This document shows, piece by piece, positions 36,043 to 49,582 of a stretch of DNA of 64,000 nucleotides. The notes beneath the pieces are model-generated. The model did no database searches. It was given only the letters and a program-made list of their open reading frames with translations, and was not told the DNA's origin. This DNA comes from Mobula hypostoma (taxonomy: Eukaryota): positions 38,194,001 through 38,258,000 of the forward strand of contig NC_086108.1 in NCBI RefSeq assembly GCF_963921235.1, read 5' to 3'. Every line of letters begins with the position of its first letter. The stretch's first letter is position 1. Position numbers and translations under genes: made by a program.

Positions 36043-39000
36043 GTGTTATGTTTGTTTTTAATAAAGACAAATGCATACTTATTCACTTCAGCTCAACCCA
36101 AGCGTTTGCGACGCACTCCCCAATATCACTTTCGGTTCTGGGTGAAGCACCCGTATTACACACTGGGAACAGAAGTTCTTTATCTACAACCATAATAATA
36201 CAACTTCCCACTTTAAAGAAACCAAAACATAATAGTATTTTCTCATAAGTCTGCAAGAAACAATAACGCTTCGCAACAAAGGTATTTACATGAACTTCAA
36301 TTGTAATGAGCAAATACAGTCCCATATTCCTTCAGCTCTTTTCAATCTGTTTCTGTGGTGGTTTAATGATCCCTTTTGGTCTGCTGTTTATTTCCACAGA
36401 TGTCGTGCTTTCATTTTCTGCATTAGTATTAGTGTCTTTTGAGGACAACATACTCCTCTCTTTCACAGCCTTCTGCCAAGATCCCATCTGTCCGTCTCTG
36501 ATCTTGTTCTTGCTATGTGACCATAATTCGCTCCACTTGCCTCATAATGGAACCCTTAGACTACATCCATGTGAACAGTGAGTCTTTGCACAAGTTCCAA
36601 CTGATGCTGTTTGAATTCACAGAGCTCCTGCTGTTGGCTGCGTATCACAAGTAGCAACTCCTCCTGTTGGTTTGTGTTGAACTGGTGCTTCTGTTCTGAC
36701 CTCGGGGATTGCGTGGTCTCCCCATCTTCCTTTTTATTTTGCCTCCTCAACCTCAGAGGCGATCACGGAGGTATTTTTGATTTCCAGTCTTTTACTGAAA
36801 GTCGATGAGAGAAACATTTTGAGCCAAAGCTGAATCATGTGGAAGCAAGAATGGTGAATTCTTCATCATGATAACTCTGTTCAACACTGGCTTCCTGACT
36901 GTCATGCTGGTGTAGCCGGTACGGATATCTATGGAAAGTGTAGTTCCTGTGCTTCTCTTGCATAACCTCTCTAGTGCTCTCATGGATGCTGTTATGAGTT
37001 TCTCAAGTTACATCAGGTAAACATCTGAATCCCTCAAATACATCTGCATACTCTTCCGTTAGTGTTGTGTGGTCATCTTTGGTCTGTGAAGCCAACATGA
37101 AAGCTCCTTTCCCTAGGTTGAGCTTTTCATATGCACTCAGACCCAATACTGGCTGTATTCTCTTTTCTAAAATCAGTAGCTGTGCCTTTAGGTGCTGCCC
37201 TTTGTGCTTGAAGGTCACTGTACAACCACCCCTCCCCCCACCTTTACTGGAAAGTTCTCTCAAGTATAGCCTGTCACTTTTAACTTAACTGGTTAAATCT
37301 TGCTCGTTAATTTGAGAGTCTTGTAATTATCCATAGATAATAGATTCACCTGGGCTCCAGTGTCAAGCTTGGATGGAATTACTGTCTCATTTGCAGTCAC
37401 TGGAACAATCCACTCTGTTTTACCAACACTACCAGCAGCCTGTAGTGAATCTACAAAGACTTCCTCCATTTCCTCAGCAACAATGTGCACCTTTCTCTTG
37501 GTAGCCTCATCCTAAATCATAAGACCATAAGACAAAGGAGCAGAAGTCGGCCATTCAGCCCATCGAGTCTGCTCCGCCACTTTATCATGAGCTGATCCAT
37601 TCTCCCATTTAGTCCCACTCCCCCGCCTTCTCACCATAACCTTTGATGCCCTGGCTACTCAGATACCTATCAATCTCTGCCTCAAATGCACCCAATGACT
37701 TGGCCTCCACTGCCGCCCGTGGCAACAAATTCCATAGATTCACCACCCTCTGGCTAAAAACATTTCTTTGCATCTCTGTTCTGAAAGGGCGCCCTTCAAT
37801 CCTTAAGTCATGCCCTCTTGTACTAGACTCCCCCAACATGAGAAACAACTTTGCCACATCCACTCTGTCCATGCCTTTCAACATTCAAAATGTTTCTATG
37901 AGGTCTCCCCTCATTCTTCTAAACTCCAAGGAATACAGTCCAAGAGCGGACAAACGTTCCTCATATGTTAACCCCCTCATTCCCGCAATCATTCTGGTGA
38001 ATCTTCTCTGTACCCTCTCCAACGTCAGCACATCCTTTCTTAAATAAGGAGACCAAAACTGCCCACAGTACTCCAAGTGAGGTCTTATCAGTGCCTTATA
38101 GAGCCTCAACATCACATCCCTGCTCCTATACTCTATTCCTCTAGAAATGAATACCAACAGTGCATTTGCCTTCCTCACCACCGACTCAACCTGGAGGTTA
38201 ACCTTAAGGGTATCTTGCATGAGGGACTCCCAAGTCCCATTGTATCTCAGAACTTTGAACTTTGATCTTTGCGGCACTTTGCAAAATTACTCTTCTTCCC
38301 ACAATTATTGCAGGGCTTTCCATAAGCAGGACGTGCCTTAGGGATGTGCTTACATCCACAGTTGCTGCATTTGCTCTCTGAGTCTACCTCTTTGCTTTGC
38401 TGCTACTTTGGAAAACACCTTGTGCTCTGCCCCTCTGTTTTCACAGCACGCACTTTTTTTCCCCCTGCCCTATGCATCTCCTTGGCGTGTGCTTGTATTG
38501 TCTCCACTGCCCTTCACATATCCACAGCCTTTTCCAGTACAGGTATTAAAACTTTTTCATGGAGCAAGCTTTCTCTAAATCCATTATCTGGGATCCCACA
38601 AACTATTTTCTCTCTAACTAGTGAGTCTTAAATCTCCAAACTCACAGGGCTTACTCGGTGTGTGAAGTTCAGTTAAGTATTGGTCAAAGTTAACAGTTTC
38701 TTTCTGCTCACAGGAAAAGAACTTATATCTTAACATGATGTTTTTGATTGGGACAAAATACTCCTCAAATTTTATTATCGGAGTGTCCAATGTATAGCCT
38801 GTCTCATCAATTTGACAGCTGTTGCAGATGTCCAAATCATCTTCACCAATTACATGCAAAAAGATAGACACTTTAAAATTTTCATCCATCCCTCTGACTT
38901 TACTGGCCACTAAGTATATATTGAATCACTGTTTGAAGCATTTCCAGTTATCAGTAAGATTGCTGGTAAACTGCTTAGGTGCAGAAAGACTTAGGATATC

Positions 39001-39422
39001 CATTTTGGGCTCTCACCTGAATCTCTTTTGGTGAATACAGGGAACAATGGCAGCTTCAGGACACAAAGTGCTCTCCAGTCAACACTTTGTTAACCTTTGT
39101 CTCTTTCTTAACCATTCGGGGTAAATTTACCCTCCGTGTTTAGTCCTCATGCTGATTTCTGACACCATGTTCTGTTTGTTCTTAATAGGTTCATAGGTTC
39201 ATTTCACTGTAAAAGTATGCATGTACAATACAACTTTGATAATAAAGAAAAACAGCATGGGTAACAACACTAACACATATTTATTTACAGTAATGACTTC
39301 AGCCTGACAGTCATGGCTTCAGCTCAACCAAAGCGCACGCAACCTGCTCCCCAACTTCACTTCTGGTCCCGGGTGAACCGCACACGTTGCACACTGGGAA
39401 CTGAAGTTCTTTAAGTACACAC
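36043..39422 (-). mobile_element. Old, internally deleted Gypsy LTR element
   Basis: Diverged LTRs at about 36043-36202 and 39168-39422; PBS TGGTGTCAGAAAT (tRNA-Leu-like) ending at 39167; PPT AAAGTGGGAAGT; gag 38614-38910; protease KLDTGAQVNLL 37293-37490; end motif RPKGIIKPPQK. Confidence 0.8.
37518..38260 (-). mobile_element. 5'-truncated CR1 inserted in the Gypsy gag-protease region
   Basis: LYKALIRPHLEYCGQFWSPYLRKD...MRGDLIETF; (TCTTATGG)n-type tail at 37518. Confidence 0.92.
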
Positions 39423-40117
39423 AATGGTCACCTTATCAACAAGTGCTGAGACCCATCACCCAGGAAATGGGCCTTCAAATAATGGAAATCTAAAAGTATT
39501 AAACTTTTGATATAGAAATATCAAAGAAGGAACAGGAGTAGGCTACTTCTCTGCAAATCAGCATGATCATAATTAATCATATAAATTTACAACTCCATTA
39601 CAGCTTTACAATATAGAACACAGAACAGAACAGTACAGCACAGGAACAGGCCCTTCAGCCCACAGTGTTGAGTTGAACCAAATAAATTAGTAATCGAATT
39701 GCCAATTAAAGTAATCCCTTATGTCTGCACATTGTCCACATCCCTCCATTTTCCTCACATTCATGTCTCTTCATGAGACATTTAAATGTCTCTTAAAAGT
39801 CTCTAATGTATTCACCTCTACCACCACCCCAGGCACCCATCAATCTTTGTGTAAAAAAAAAACACCTCACTCTAACATCTCCTTTAAAATTACCAACTCT
39901 TACCATGATCACTGTTATTAGACATTTCAACACTGGGAAAAAGATAATATGTCTATACTTCTCATAATCCTATAAACCTCTATTAGATCTCTCCTCGGTC
40001 TTTACCGCTTGAGAAGTTTACCCAACCTCTCATTATAGCACATGCCCTCTAATCCAGGCAGCATCCCGGTAAACCTCTTCTGCAACCTCTCCAAAGCCTC
40101 AACATCCTTAGTATAAT

Positions 40118-41246
40118 TGTCATGGTCCAGTCCGTGGAGTCAGGACTCCGGCTCTTCCAGCTGTCCTTTGTTTTGGTTGGGATAATCATAGGCACCTGAT
40201 TCCCATCTTGGGGCCTGGAATATAAGTAGCCTTGGGGTCAAGTGTGGGCTGCTGGTTTGTCTTGTCAAGATTCCCTGGGAGCAACCTGCCAGTGGAAGGC
40301 TAGAGCGACCATTTGCCATCTTTAGGCTGCGTTGGAGAGCCATCGCTTCATGCAGCCTTGCTGTCGGTAGTTGGAGCTGTATTTGCGGTATGGATTCGAC
40401 CATTTCCCAGGCCAGCTGAGTGGCCATCAGCCACTCTAAACTAGGGAGGGATCCGGCTGTTTCCGTAGCCAGCCGAGGTTGCTGGCCGTAACTGCGACTC
40501 GGAGCAACCCCGATGCAGAGATGGAACTGTCTGTCGTTCTTCGATGTTTGTCTCTTCTTGTCCTTGCCTCCGAGGGTTAAGTCAGGCTGTTCTGCTGTTG
40601 CCCTGCGAGGGGATCTGTCTCGTCTTGTCCCTTCCTCTGTGGGGTAAGTCTGGCCGTTGTGCTGTTGCCCTGCGGGGGGAACTGTCTTGTCTTGTCCTCG
40701 CCTCCGTGGGGTAAGTCAGGCTGTTCTGCTGTTGCCCTATGAGGGGACCTGTCTTGTCTTGTCTTTGCCTCTGTTGGGTAAGTGTGGTCATTCTGCGTTA
40801 CCTGACGGATGGACCTATCCCACCTTGGAGTGGAGATAAAGTTGAGTCCCGGCTTGTCTAAGGATAAGTCCCGGCTCTATGTCTATGTACAGTTCCCAGT
40901 CTGTCTCGGAGCTCCAGCCTCCGAGTTATCAAGCCTCAAGCCTCAAGAGCCAGGACCCCAGCCTCAAGTCTCAAGAGGCGGGACCCCTGCCACGTCCTGT
41001 CCTGTAGCCATGTCATGTCCTTGCCTGGTTCTGGATGTCTGAGCCCAAGGTAAGACCCAGGTCCTGGGTTCTTGTCCAGTCTCTGGCTCGGAGTCCAAGC
41101 CCAGGCTCCTAGTTCATAGTTCCTTATCCGGGTTCCCTGTTTCTTGTCCATGTCCTAGCCCAGGTCCTGCATCCTTGTCCTGTTCCTAGTACTTCAGTGT
41201 CTGTGTCTTGCATTTGGGTCCGTTCCCAACGCCCCCCATTGTGACA
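40118..41246 (+). mobile_element. Probable solo LTR, about 1.13 kb
   Basis: TGTCA...TGACA inverted termini; TATA-like tataagta near 40221; interrupts a CR1; no clean TSD. Confidence 0.7.
40557..40805 (+). repeat. Tandem repeat, 67-bp unit, about 3.7 copies
   Basis: Units start at 40557, 40624, 40691 and 40758 with cttgtc... Confidence 0.92.
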
Positions 41247-42034
41247 TGGATAACCATTATGGGTAACCAGAACTGTATGCAAAACTCCAGATGCAGCCTA
41301 TTCTTTTTATAAAGCTGTTACATAACTTCTTGAACTCGACTAATAAAGGCAAGAATGCCATATGTCTTCTTAATCACCCTATCAACATATGTAGCTACTT
41401 TTAGGGAGCTATGATCTTGGATCCCAAGCTCCCTCTGCTCATCAACAGGGTTAAGGGCCTTTCTCCATATATCACTTGCTCTCTTTAGTTCTAAGGATTA
41501 TATAACTCTTTGAATATTTTCAATGATTTGGCTCCAACTGCCTTCTGTGCCAGAGAACTCTAAAGGTTTACCCCTCCCTGCGTAAAGATGTTTCTCTTCA
41601 TGAAAATGCTACTGGCTCACACCTATCCTTAAACTGGGACACGTGACCTGGACTCCTTTGCCATTGCGCACAAGCTTTTTGTGTTTGGTGTACGTAATCC
41701 TGCTAGTTTTTTGTAATCTTCTCTGAAATCACCCCCATTCTTTTCAGCTCTAGTGAAATACAAGTCTAATCAGCCCTCCCAGGAAACAGTTTGGACAGTC
41801 TTCACTGTATACCCTGCCTAGCAAGGAAAACTTTCCTCAAAAAAGGACACCAAAACTGAACACAGCACTGAAGGTGTTGTCTCACCAAAGTCCTATACAG
41901 TTACAGCAACATATCCCTGTTCCTGAAGGTAGGTCCTCTCACAATGAAGCCAATGAACCATTTGCTATTTTATCAGCAATTTAACCTGTGCCTATTTTTC
42001 AATAAGTGATTTGCAAGCCTATCTGGATCTCATT

Positions 42035-43308
42035 ACACCTGCATGGACCTCAACTACAGTACACCTGCTTTTTCATGGTCTATGTAGAACAGTGCATGTC
42101 CCAAACCACCCATGGTAATGCTCCCTGAGTCTTCCTGTGCTACATTGATGTCTGCATTGGCGCAGCTTCATGCACCCTTGCTGAGCTCATCAATTCATCA
42201 ACTTGGACACCAACTTCCACACTGTCCTTAAGTTCACTTGGTCCATTTCTGATATTTCCTTCCCCTTTCTCAATCTCTCTGTCTCCATCTCTGGAGACAA
42301 ACTGTCTACCAACATATTTTATAACTCAACCAATTCCCACAGTTACATTGACTGTACCTCTTCCCAACCTGTCTCCTGTAAAATGGCCATTCCTTTTTCT
42401 CAGTTCCTTTGTCACCAACCCATCTGCTCCCAGAATGAGCCTTTACATATCTTTACTAACCCACGCTCTCCCCCCCCACCCCATTACCACTCTCCACAGG
42501 GATCACTCCCTCCGTGATTCCCTTGTCCATTCTTCCCTTCCCACTAATTGCCCTCCTGGTACATATCCCTGCAAATGGCAGAAATGCTACACTTTCCCAT
42601 TAGCCTCCTCCTTTAGCTCCATTCAGGGACCCAAACAGTCCTTCCAGGTGAAGCAAAACTTTATCTGCGAATCTGTTGGGGTCTTCTATTTTGTCTGGTG
42701 CGCCCAATGCAACCTACCCTACATTGGTGAGACCTGGCATAAATAAGGGGACACCTTTGTTGAGCACCTCCACTCCATCCACCAAAAGTGGAATTTCTCA
42801 AAGGGCAGCCATTTTAATTCCTATCCCCATTCCCATTCTGGCATGTCAGTCCACTGCCACCTCGTTTGCCACAATGAGGCCACTCTCAGGATGGAGGAGC
42901 AATACCTCACATTCCATATAAGTAGCCTCCAACCTGATGGTATGAACATCAATTTCTCCTTCTGGTAATTTTTCCCTTCCCCCTTCCCTTATTTTCTATT
43001 CACCAATTTGGCCTCTTACCTCTTCTCGTCTCCTATCACCTCCCCCAGTGCCCCTCCTTCTTCCCTCTCCCACATGGCCCACTCTTCTCTCCTATCAGAT
43101 TCCTTCCTCTCAAGTCCTTTACCTTTCCCAACCTTGGCTTCACAAATCACCTTCTAGCTTGTCCTCCTTTCCATGCCCACAACCTTTTTCCTCTGGTGTG
43201 TTTCCTTTCCTATCCAGTCCTGATGAAAGGTCTTAGCCCGAAACTTCTACTGTTTAAATAGAAGCTGCCTGACCTGCTGAGTTCCTCCAGCATTTTGTGT
43301 GTTTGCTC
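42035..43308 (+). mobile_element. Old Penelope-like fragment (RT C-terminus, GIY-YIG, terminal repeat)
   Basis: NFHTVLKFTWSISD, CKWQKCYTF, VFYFVWCAQCNLPYIGET; hammerhead relic CAGTC-CTGATGA...GAAA at 43215-43252. Confidence 0.85.
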
Positions 43309-43859
43309 ATTACACCTGCCCATTTTCCAGTCTATCAATGTCCGGGTAATTATCTGCTTTCCTGGTTTTGCATCCAAAGTAGATTGTCTCACATTTAACT
43401 ATTTTATTGCACATCTGTACTTGCCCACTCCTTCCACCTGTGTGTTCTGTGTATCCATCTTAAAGTGCACATGCCAATAATGCTTTGGGTCATCTGCAAA
43501 TTTAGAGATATTACATTTAATTCCTTCATCTATATTATGCATATACATCTAAAATATATATTACAAATAGCTGTGATCTCAGCAATGATGCATTTTGTAT
43601 CCTGCTGGCCAGTGCCTGCCACTTGGAAAAAAAAGGTTAATTTATTTCAACTCCTGTTGTCAACTATCCATGACAATACATTACGCTAAATTCCATGTGC
43701 TTGACTTTAAAACAAAAAAGAAAATTAAAACCTCAATCCAAATCCAACAAAGCTTCAAAAAATGAAGGTGGGCATTATTATGATTTCTCATTGATAAACA
43801 TATACTATCTAATTATTGCCTAGTCAAAAAATGGCGAAGAGCATTTGTTCATGAGGCTC

Positions 43860-44855
43860 TTAATCAAACATACAGTATATAGCTCTGATCAGACCACAAT
43901 TGAAGTATTGTGAGCCATTCTGGCCATCACACAGAAACAATAATATTGGCGTTGAAGGATGTGCAATGTAAACTTATCAGAATGATATTTGAACACTGAG
44001 GTTTTAATCAAGTGGAATGGTATACCAACTTGAAATGCATTTCCAGGAATTAAGAAAGTTGTCAGCACAAAGAGGACAAACTTTTTTGACTGTCTTGCTG
44101 AGTTTCACCAGCATATTCTGACGTTGTGTACATTCCTCCTCTGGCCAATATCAGAGCTGTGCACCATGATCAACAGTAAATGGTACATTACCAAGGAATG
44201 TTGATATACCTTGGAGTTTAAGTCCATAAATTTTTGAATGTGGCAACACATGTAGGAAGTGTAATGAAGAAGGTATGTTGCCTTAGTAGGCTGTGGTATA
44301 GAACATAAAAGTTGATTTGATATTTGCTACTTTATAAAACACAGGTTAGACTACACTTGGAATATCATGTACAGTTCTGATCACCACATTATAAGAAAGA
44401 TATGGGTTGCACTGGAGAGAGTACAGAGGAGATTCATTAGGATGGTGGAAGGATTGGAGGATTTTAGTTATGAGAAAAGATGGGATAAGCTGTTTGCTTT
44501 CCCTCATGCAATGGAGGCACAATAAGAGACATAGATGGGGCACATAGTCAGAATCGTTTTCCATGGTAGGTTTAATAAAATCAAGAGGTCATAGGTTTAA
44601 GGTAAAAGGAGGGTGCTTTAAAGGGGGTTAAAAAAGGGAAAATGTTTGACACACAGGGTGGTAGATACCCGGTGGGGGGGGGGTGAAGTCGTAAACTATT
44701 ACAATATTGAGACATTTAGACAGGCATTTAGATTGGCAAGGCATAAAAGATTATGGACCTAGTGTAGGAAAATGGATTGTAGTGTAGACAGGCTAAAAGG
44801 TCCACATAGATGTGTTGGGTTGAAGTTCCCACTACAGTGATCTACAACTCTATAG
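43860..44855 (+). mobile_element. Old CR1 3' fragments
   Basis: Decayed RPQLKYC and RVQRRFIRM motifs; CR1-type 3' UTR. Confidence 0.65.
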
Positions 44856-46760
44856 ATCCACCTTATCCATAAATTTTCAGCTGAAACCATAGTTAATGTA
44901 ATGTACACCACCAACTCAATCGATTGACATGTTTGAATAGTTAAAAATGGGAAAATTTAGGAGATCTCTTTGCTGTTTGATAATGATATAAATTTACTAA
45001 CTGAAGTGATAGGATTTATAGTCAAACAATTGCAGGAATGTTGATTAGTTTTATTTATAAGTTTGACCTTTGCATACTTTTAGGCTTTTAGCATAATGAA
45101 TACAGCATTGTGGATTGACAAAAAAAAAGCAGCAGAGTATTATGTCAAGCAAAGAATTATCTTGGCTACACATTAAGTAAGAATATCCAGGGAACTTCCA
45201 TAATTGAAATTGTAATCATCATTTACATTCTCCACTGTCATTACTTTAACATCTTTTAAAACCAAATTTATTTAAAGTGGAATAATGGTCTTTGGAAAGT
45301 CTAACATATGAGAAGCTTGAATTGTATTCCCCATATGTCAAGACTGGAAAGTAATGTTCCAAACAAAATTCTGCTTAAGTTTTAAGCTACTCTATCTTCT
45401 TTGAACAGATGTTAATATAAATCATTATCAGTTACAGCACAGTTTCAACTGAGTATTCATCTGCTGCCCAATGATAACAATTGTAAATTCAAGCAATTTC
45501 TGCTTGTGCTTGCAGGGGCAATAGAAATTACTTAAACTGCTCTGAATTATAGATCTTCAGATAATTGAGTTGCAAAATGCAAATAATTTCTGTAAATATT
45601 ATAATTCATTATTTTTCCTTGAATGGTGTGTTACATCAGCTGTTTGGCAATGAACATGTAATTAGTCCCAAAAAATGTAGCTCAGTGTTTCTATAAACAA
45701 CAGAAAGTCATCAGCAGATCTCCAGCAGAGCTTCTGTTCTCCATTTGCAATCATCTCCTCAAATCCATTCTCCTCTTTACCTCTGAAATCAAATTTAAAG
45801 GCAGTATGATAGTGTAGCAGTTAGCATAACACTATCACAGCACTGGAGATGTAAGTACTTTGGTAGGTATATAAATAGATAAGAAACATACAGGCTTATT
45901 TATCCACTTGACTACATTCCTAATGTCCACATCTTGCATGCCAGTTTAAAATCTTCATCACCCTCATACCCACAAGGTTCTTACCCTAATCTAAACTTTT
46001 ATCTTTCTCAAGTTTGGCTCTGCAAGAACTCTTCAAATGCATCTTATTCACAAGACCAACCTCCCATTCCTTCGATACAATTCCTATTTAACTGTGCCTC
46101 CCTCCCTGTGTTAGAGACAGAGTTATACTGCACTGAAAAAGGCACTTTGGCTCAACTCACCCATCTGAACTCATCCCATTTGTCCTCCAAACCTTTCCTA
46201 TCCGTGTACTTGTCCAAATAGCTTTTAAATATTGTAACAATACTCACCTCTACTACTTCCTCTGGCTGTTCATTTCATATACCTACCATCTTCTGTGTGA
46301 AAATCTTTCCCCTCTGAACTTAAATCTATATCCTTTAGTTTTGCATTTCCCTGCTCACCCTGGGTAAAAATAACTGCCAGCATTTATCCTTTAGATGCCC
46401 GTCATGCATTTTTGAGTGGCTGATCTGTTCAGGGTTTTCTCTTAACTGGCCAATTGTAGCCAAATAATCTTCTACAATCACTTCCATAGGAGATTTAAGG
46501 TGCAAACTGCTTCACACAAACACACTAAATCTCTCCCTGTTTAAAGAAGAATATACTTGCATTGGGCACAGTTCAGACAAGGATCATTAGTTTGATTTCT
46601 GGAATGAAGGGATTGTCTTATGTCAATTAAGCAATTGTACCGACACTGACTTAATTTGGATGAATGGGAAGTGATATTATTGGAATTTAAGACTATGGCA
46701 GCTCTTCTTTAGTAGGAGTTGTGAAAATACTTTTCCTTATCAGTAAATAGAGAATAGCAG

Positions 46761-46912
46761 GCAACACACACAAAATGCTGGAAGAACTCAGCATGTCAGG
46801 CAGCATCTGTGGAAATAAATAAATGGTCAACGTTTCAAGCTGAGACACTTCTTCAGGACTGGAAATGAAGGTGGGGGGGGGTGTTAGGAGGACTAGCCGA
46901 AAGGTGACAAGT
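46761..46912 (-). mobile_element. Isolated PLE terminal-repeat fragment with hammerhead-like motif
   Basis: Minus strand AGTC-CTGAAGA-agtgtctcagctt-GAAA-CGTT-GACC at 46825-46860; flanking gctggaagaactcagc motif shared with other PLE ends. Confidence 0.7.
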
Positions 46913-48521
46913 TCCCAGGAGGAATACGAGGCTTTGTTTGCGAGTCTGGGTGAGTATATGGTCAAAGAGGCGGAGGGCAGCAGAGATCACAGAAGGGGAG
47001 CAGTCTCACTGAACAACCATCAAAGAGAAGTTTTAAACTTCTTCAGGGTAAGCATGGGCATCCATTCAGAATAAAGAGTTGTATGTCTGAGTTCTAAATA
47101 GAGAGGAAGTTCTTCACTTAGTGAGTCACAAATTTTTGAAATTTTCTCCAGCAGGGAGCTGTGGAGACTGAGTCATCCAAATTATTTGAGGCTGAAATAG
47201 AACTTGGGAACAACAGGGGAATAAAAGATTATGGGGATGAGGCAGAAAACAGAATTGGTATGATTTCATTAATGATAAAGCAGACTTGATGGGATACTTG
47301 GCCTACATATTCTATCATCCCCATTATGCTCCTCACATTACAATTCTCAGTAAACCATTATTTCTCCAATTAAACATTAGGAGGAATGAGGACATTTTCT
47401 CTGGATTGCACCGCAGTCACTCATCTCTCACACTGGTTGGTTCCCACTCCCTTACACATGTGTCAAACTAAACTAAATTATTTACAACCTCGGCATTCTA
47501 TTTCACTGAACTGAGCTTCTGGCTATATAGCCCCATAAAGATACATCTTCCAATGTTATGTCAATCTATCACACCGTTTTTATTCAAACTCAGAAACCCT
47601 CATTTCTGCCTTAACGACTTCAGACTCTAATGGCTACTCTGTCATAATCCAGCTTCCATGAACTTTACATTAAATTCTAACCAGCTCACCCATCAAAACT
47701 GTGCTATTTTATTGGCAATTAAAATATCATTATCATCTCTGTTCTCAATGGGCATCAGTTCTTTGTTCACAGACACTTCAATTACAATTTCTCGTTCCAT
47801 TCCTTGAATTCATCTGCTGCTTTCAGAATTTGCTGCTCACCATTTCAAACCTCTTTCAATTCTACAATCTTCCAATTCTGGACTTTTATGTGACAGCCTT
47901 TACGTCATCATTAATGGCTGCATCACCAGATGTCAATATCTCAAGCTCAAGAATTTTCCCTCTGAACCTATCTATCTATTGGGTTACCCATCAACCTTTT
48001 AAACCTTCTTTGAAACATACTCATTTAATTAAGTTAAACATACTCAGTTAACATTGCTTCCTTTTGGTGAAAATCAGTATTTCTCATCAACTCTGAAAGA
48101 GCACTTTAGAATAATTCCTACAATCATGGCACAACATTCTATGTTCCTTTACTGCTGGCCAAACAGAACAATACTAAAACTTTTGTAATACTACAGCATC
48201 TGCAATATTTCTGCAGAAATATTATTACATATAAGCAGCATCGACGCCATGGAGAAATTTGAAAACAGGAATGTTAAGTTTAAAAATGAGGTAATGCTTA
48301 TCCTGAAACCAATGAAGGTCATGAAACACAGAACCTGTATAAAATTAGGAAACATGCAGCAGAGTATTCACATTTTTCATTAGGTTATATACTTGGATAG
48401 CTTTAATGTAGTCAACATTAGAGATTAAAAGCTAGATGTCAACATTTGGAACTGAGTGAAGGAACAGAGAAAGATGAAGGAATTGTTGGCAACTTGTATT
48501 AACAAGGGAGAGTTAATTCAA

Positions 48522-49582
48522 AGCAACACACACAAGATGCTGGACAAACTCAGCAGGTCAAAAGGCATCTATGGAAGTGAATGAACAAATGATGTTTCAG
48601 GCCGAGACACTTCTTCCAGATTGTAAAGGAAGGAAGAAGACACAAGAATAAAAAGAGAGAGGGAAAGAAGGATTGCTAGAACGTGATAGGTGAAGGTAGC
48701 TGGGTAAAGGGTTGGAGACAAGAATGCACCATGGGAAAAAGGGAAGGAAATGGGGACCCAGGGGAGGTGATAGGCAGGTGAGAAGAGGTAAGAGACCAAA
48801 AAGTGGAATAAAAGAAGAGCGAAGTGGGAGGGAGAAAAAGAAATTCTGGAACGAGACATTGATATTCATGCCATCTGGTTGGAGGCTACCCAGAAGGAAT
48901 TATGAGGTGTTGATCCTCCATCCTGAAAGTGACCTCATTATGGCAAAGAGGGGGGCATGGACCAACGTGTCAGAACAGGAATAGGAATACAAATTAATAT
49001 GGCTGGCAACTGGGAAATTCTGCTTTTGGCAAATGGAGTGGAGGTGCTCAAAAAAGTGGTCCCCCAATTTTTCATTGGGTCTTACCAATGTAGAGGAGGC
49101 TGCATCAGGAGCACCAGATACAATAGAAGACTCCAACAGTGTCGCCTTATCTGGAATGACAGTTTGGGGCCTTGAATGGAGGTAAGGGAAGAGGAAAATG
49201 AGCAAGTGTAGCATTTATGTCACTTGCAGGGTTATTTACCAGGAGAAGTATTAGTGAGCAAGGGAATCACAGAAGAAGCAATCCCTGCGGAAAATGTAAA
49301 GTGGGGCGTGGGGAGGTAAAGATCTGTTTGGTGGTAGGATCCCATCGAAGATGGCGGAAGTTGTGAAGAATAATGTGTTGGATGTGGAGGCTAATGAGGT
49401 GGTAGGTTAGGACAAGAGGAACTCTGTTCATGTAAGACGCTGGGAAGATGGGGTGACAGCAGATGTTCAGGAGATGAAAGAGATGCAGGTGAGACAGTAT
49501 CAATGGTGGAGGGAGGAAAACCCCTTTCTTTGAAGGAGGAGGACATCTCTGATGTTCTAGAAGGGTTAGCCTCATCCTGGGC
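48522..49582 (-). mobile_element. Old Penelope-like 3' fragment
   Basis: NRVPLVLTYHLISLHIQHIILHNFRHL (49267-49575), GDHFFEHLHSICQK, terminal repeat at about 48522-48625. Confidence 0.85.

Larger units (their letters stand above)
39612..41990 (-). mobile_element. Degenerate CR1 3' fragments interrupted by a solo LTR
   Basis: CR1-type 3' UTR at 39612-39720; ORF2 remnants on both sides of 40118-41246. Confidence 0.7.

Noticed and set aside
40557..40805. CRISPR-like array
   Set aside because: Contiguous degenerate 67-bp units with no unique spacers, no cas genes, and a eukaryotic LTR context
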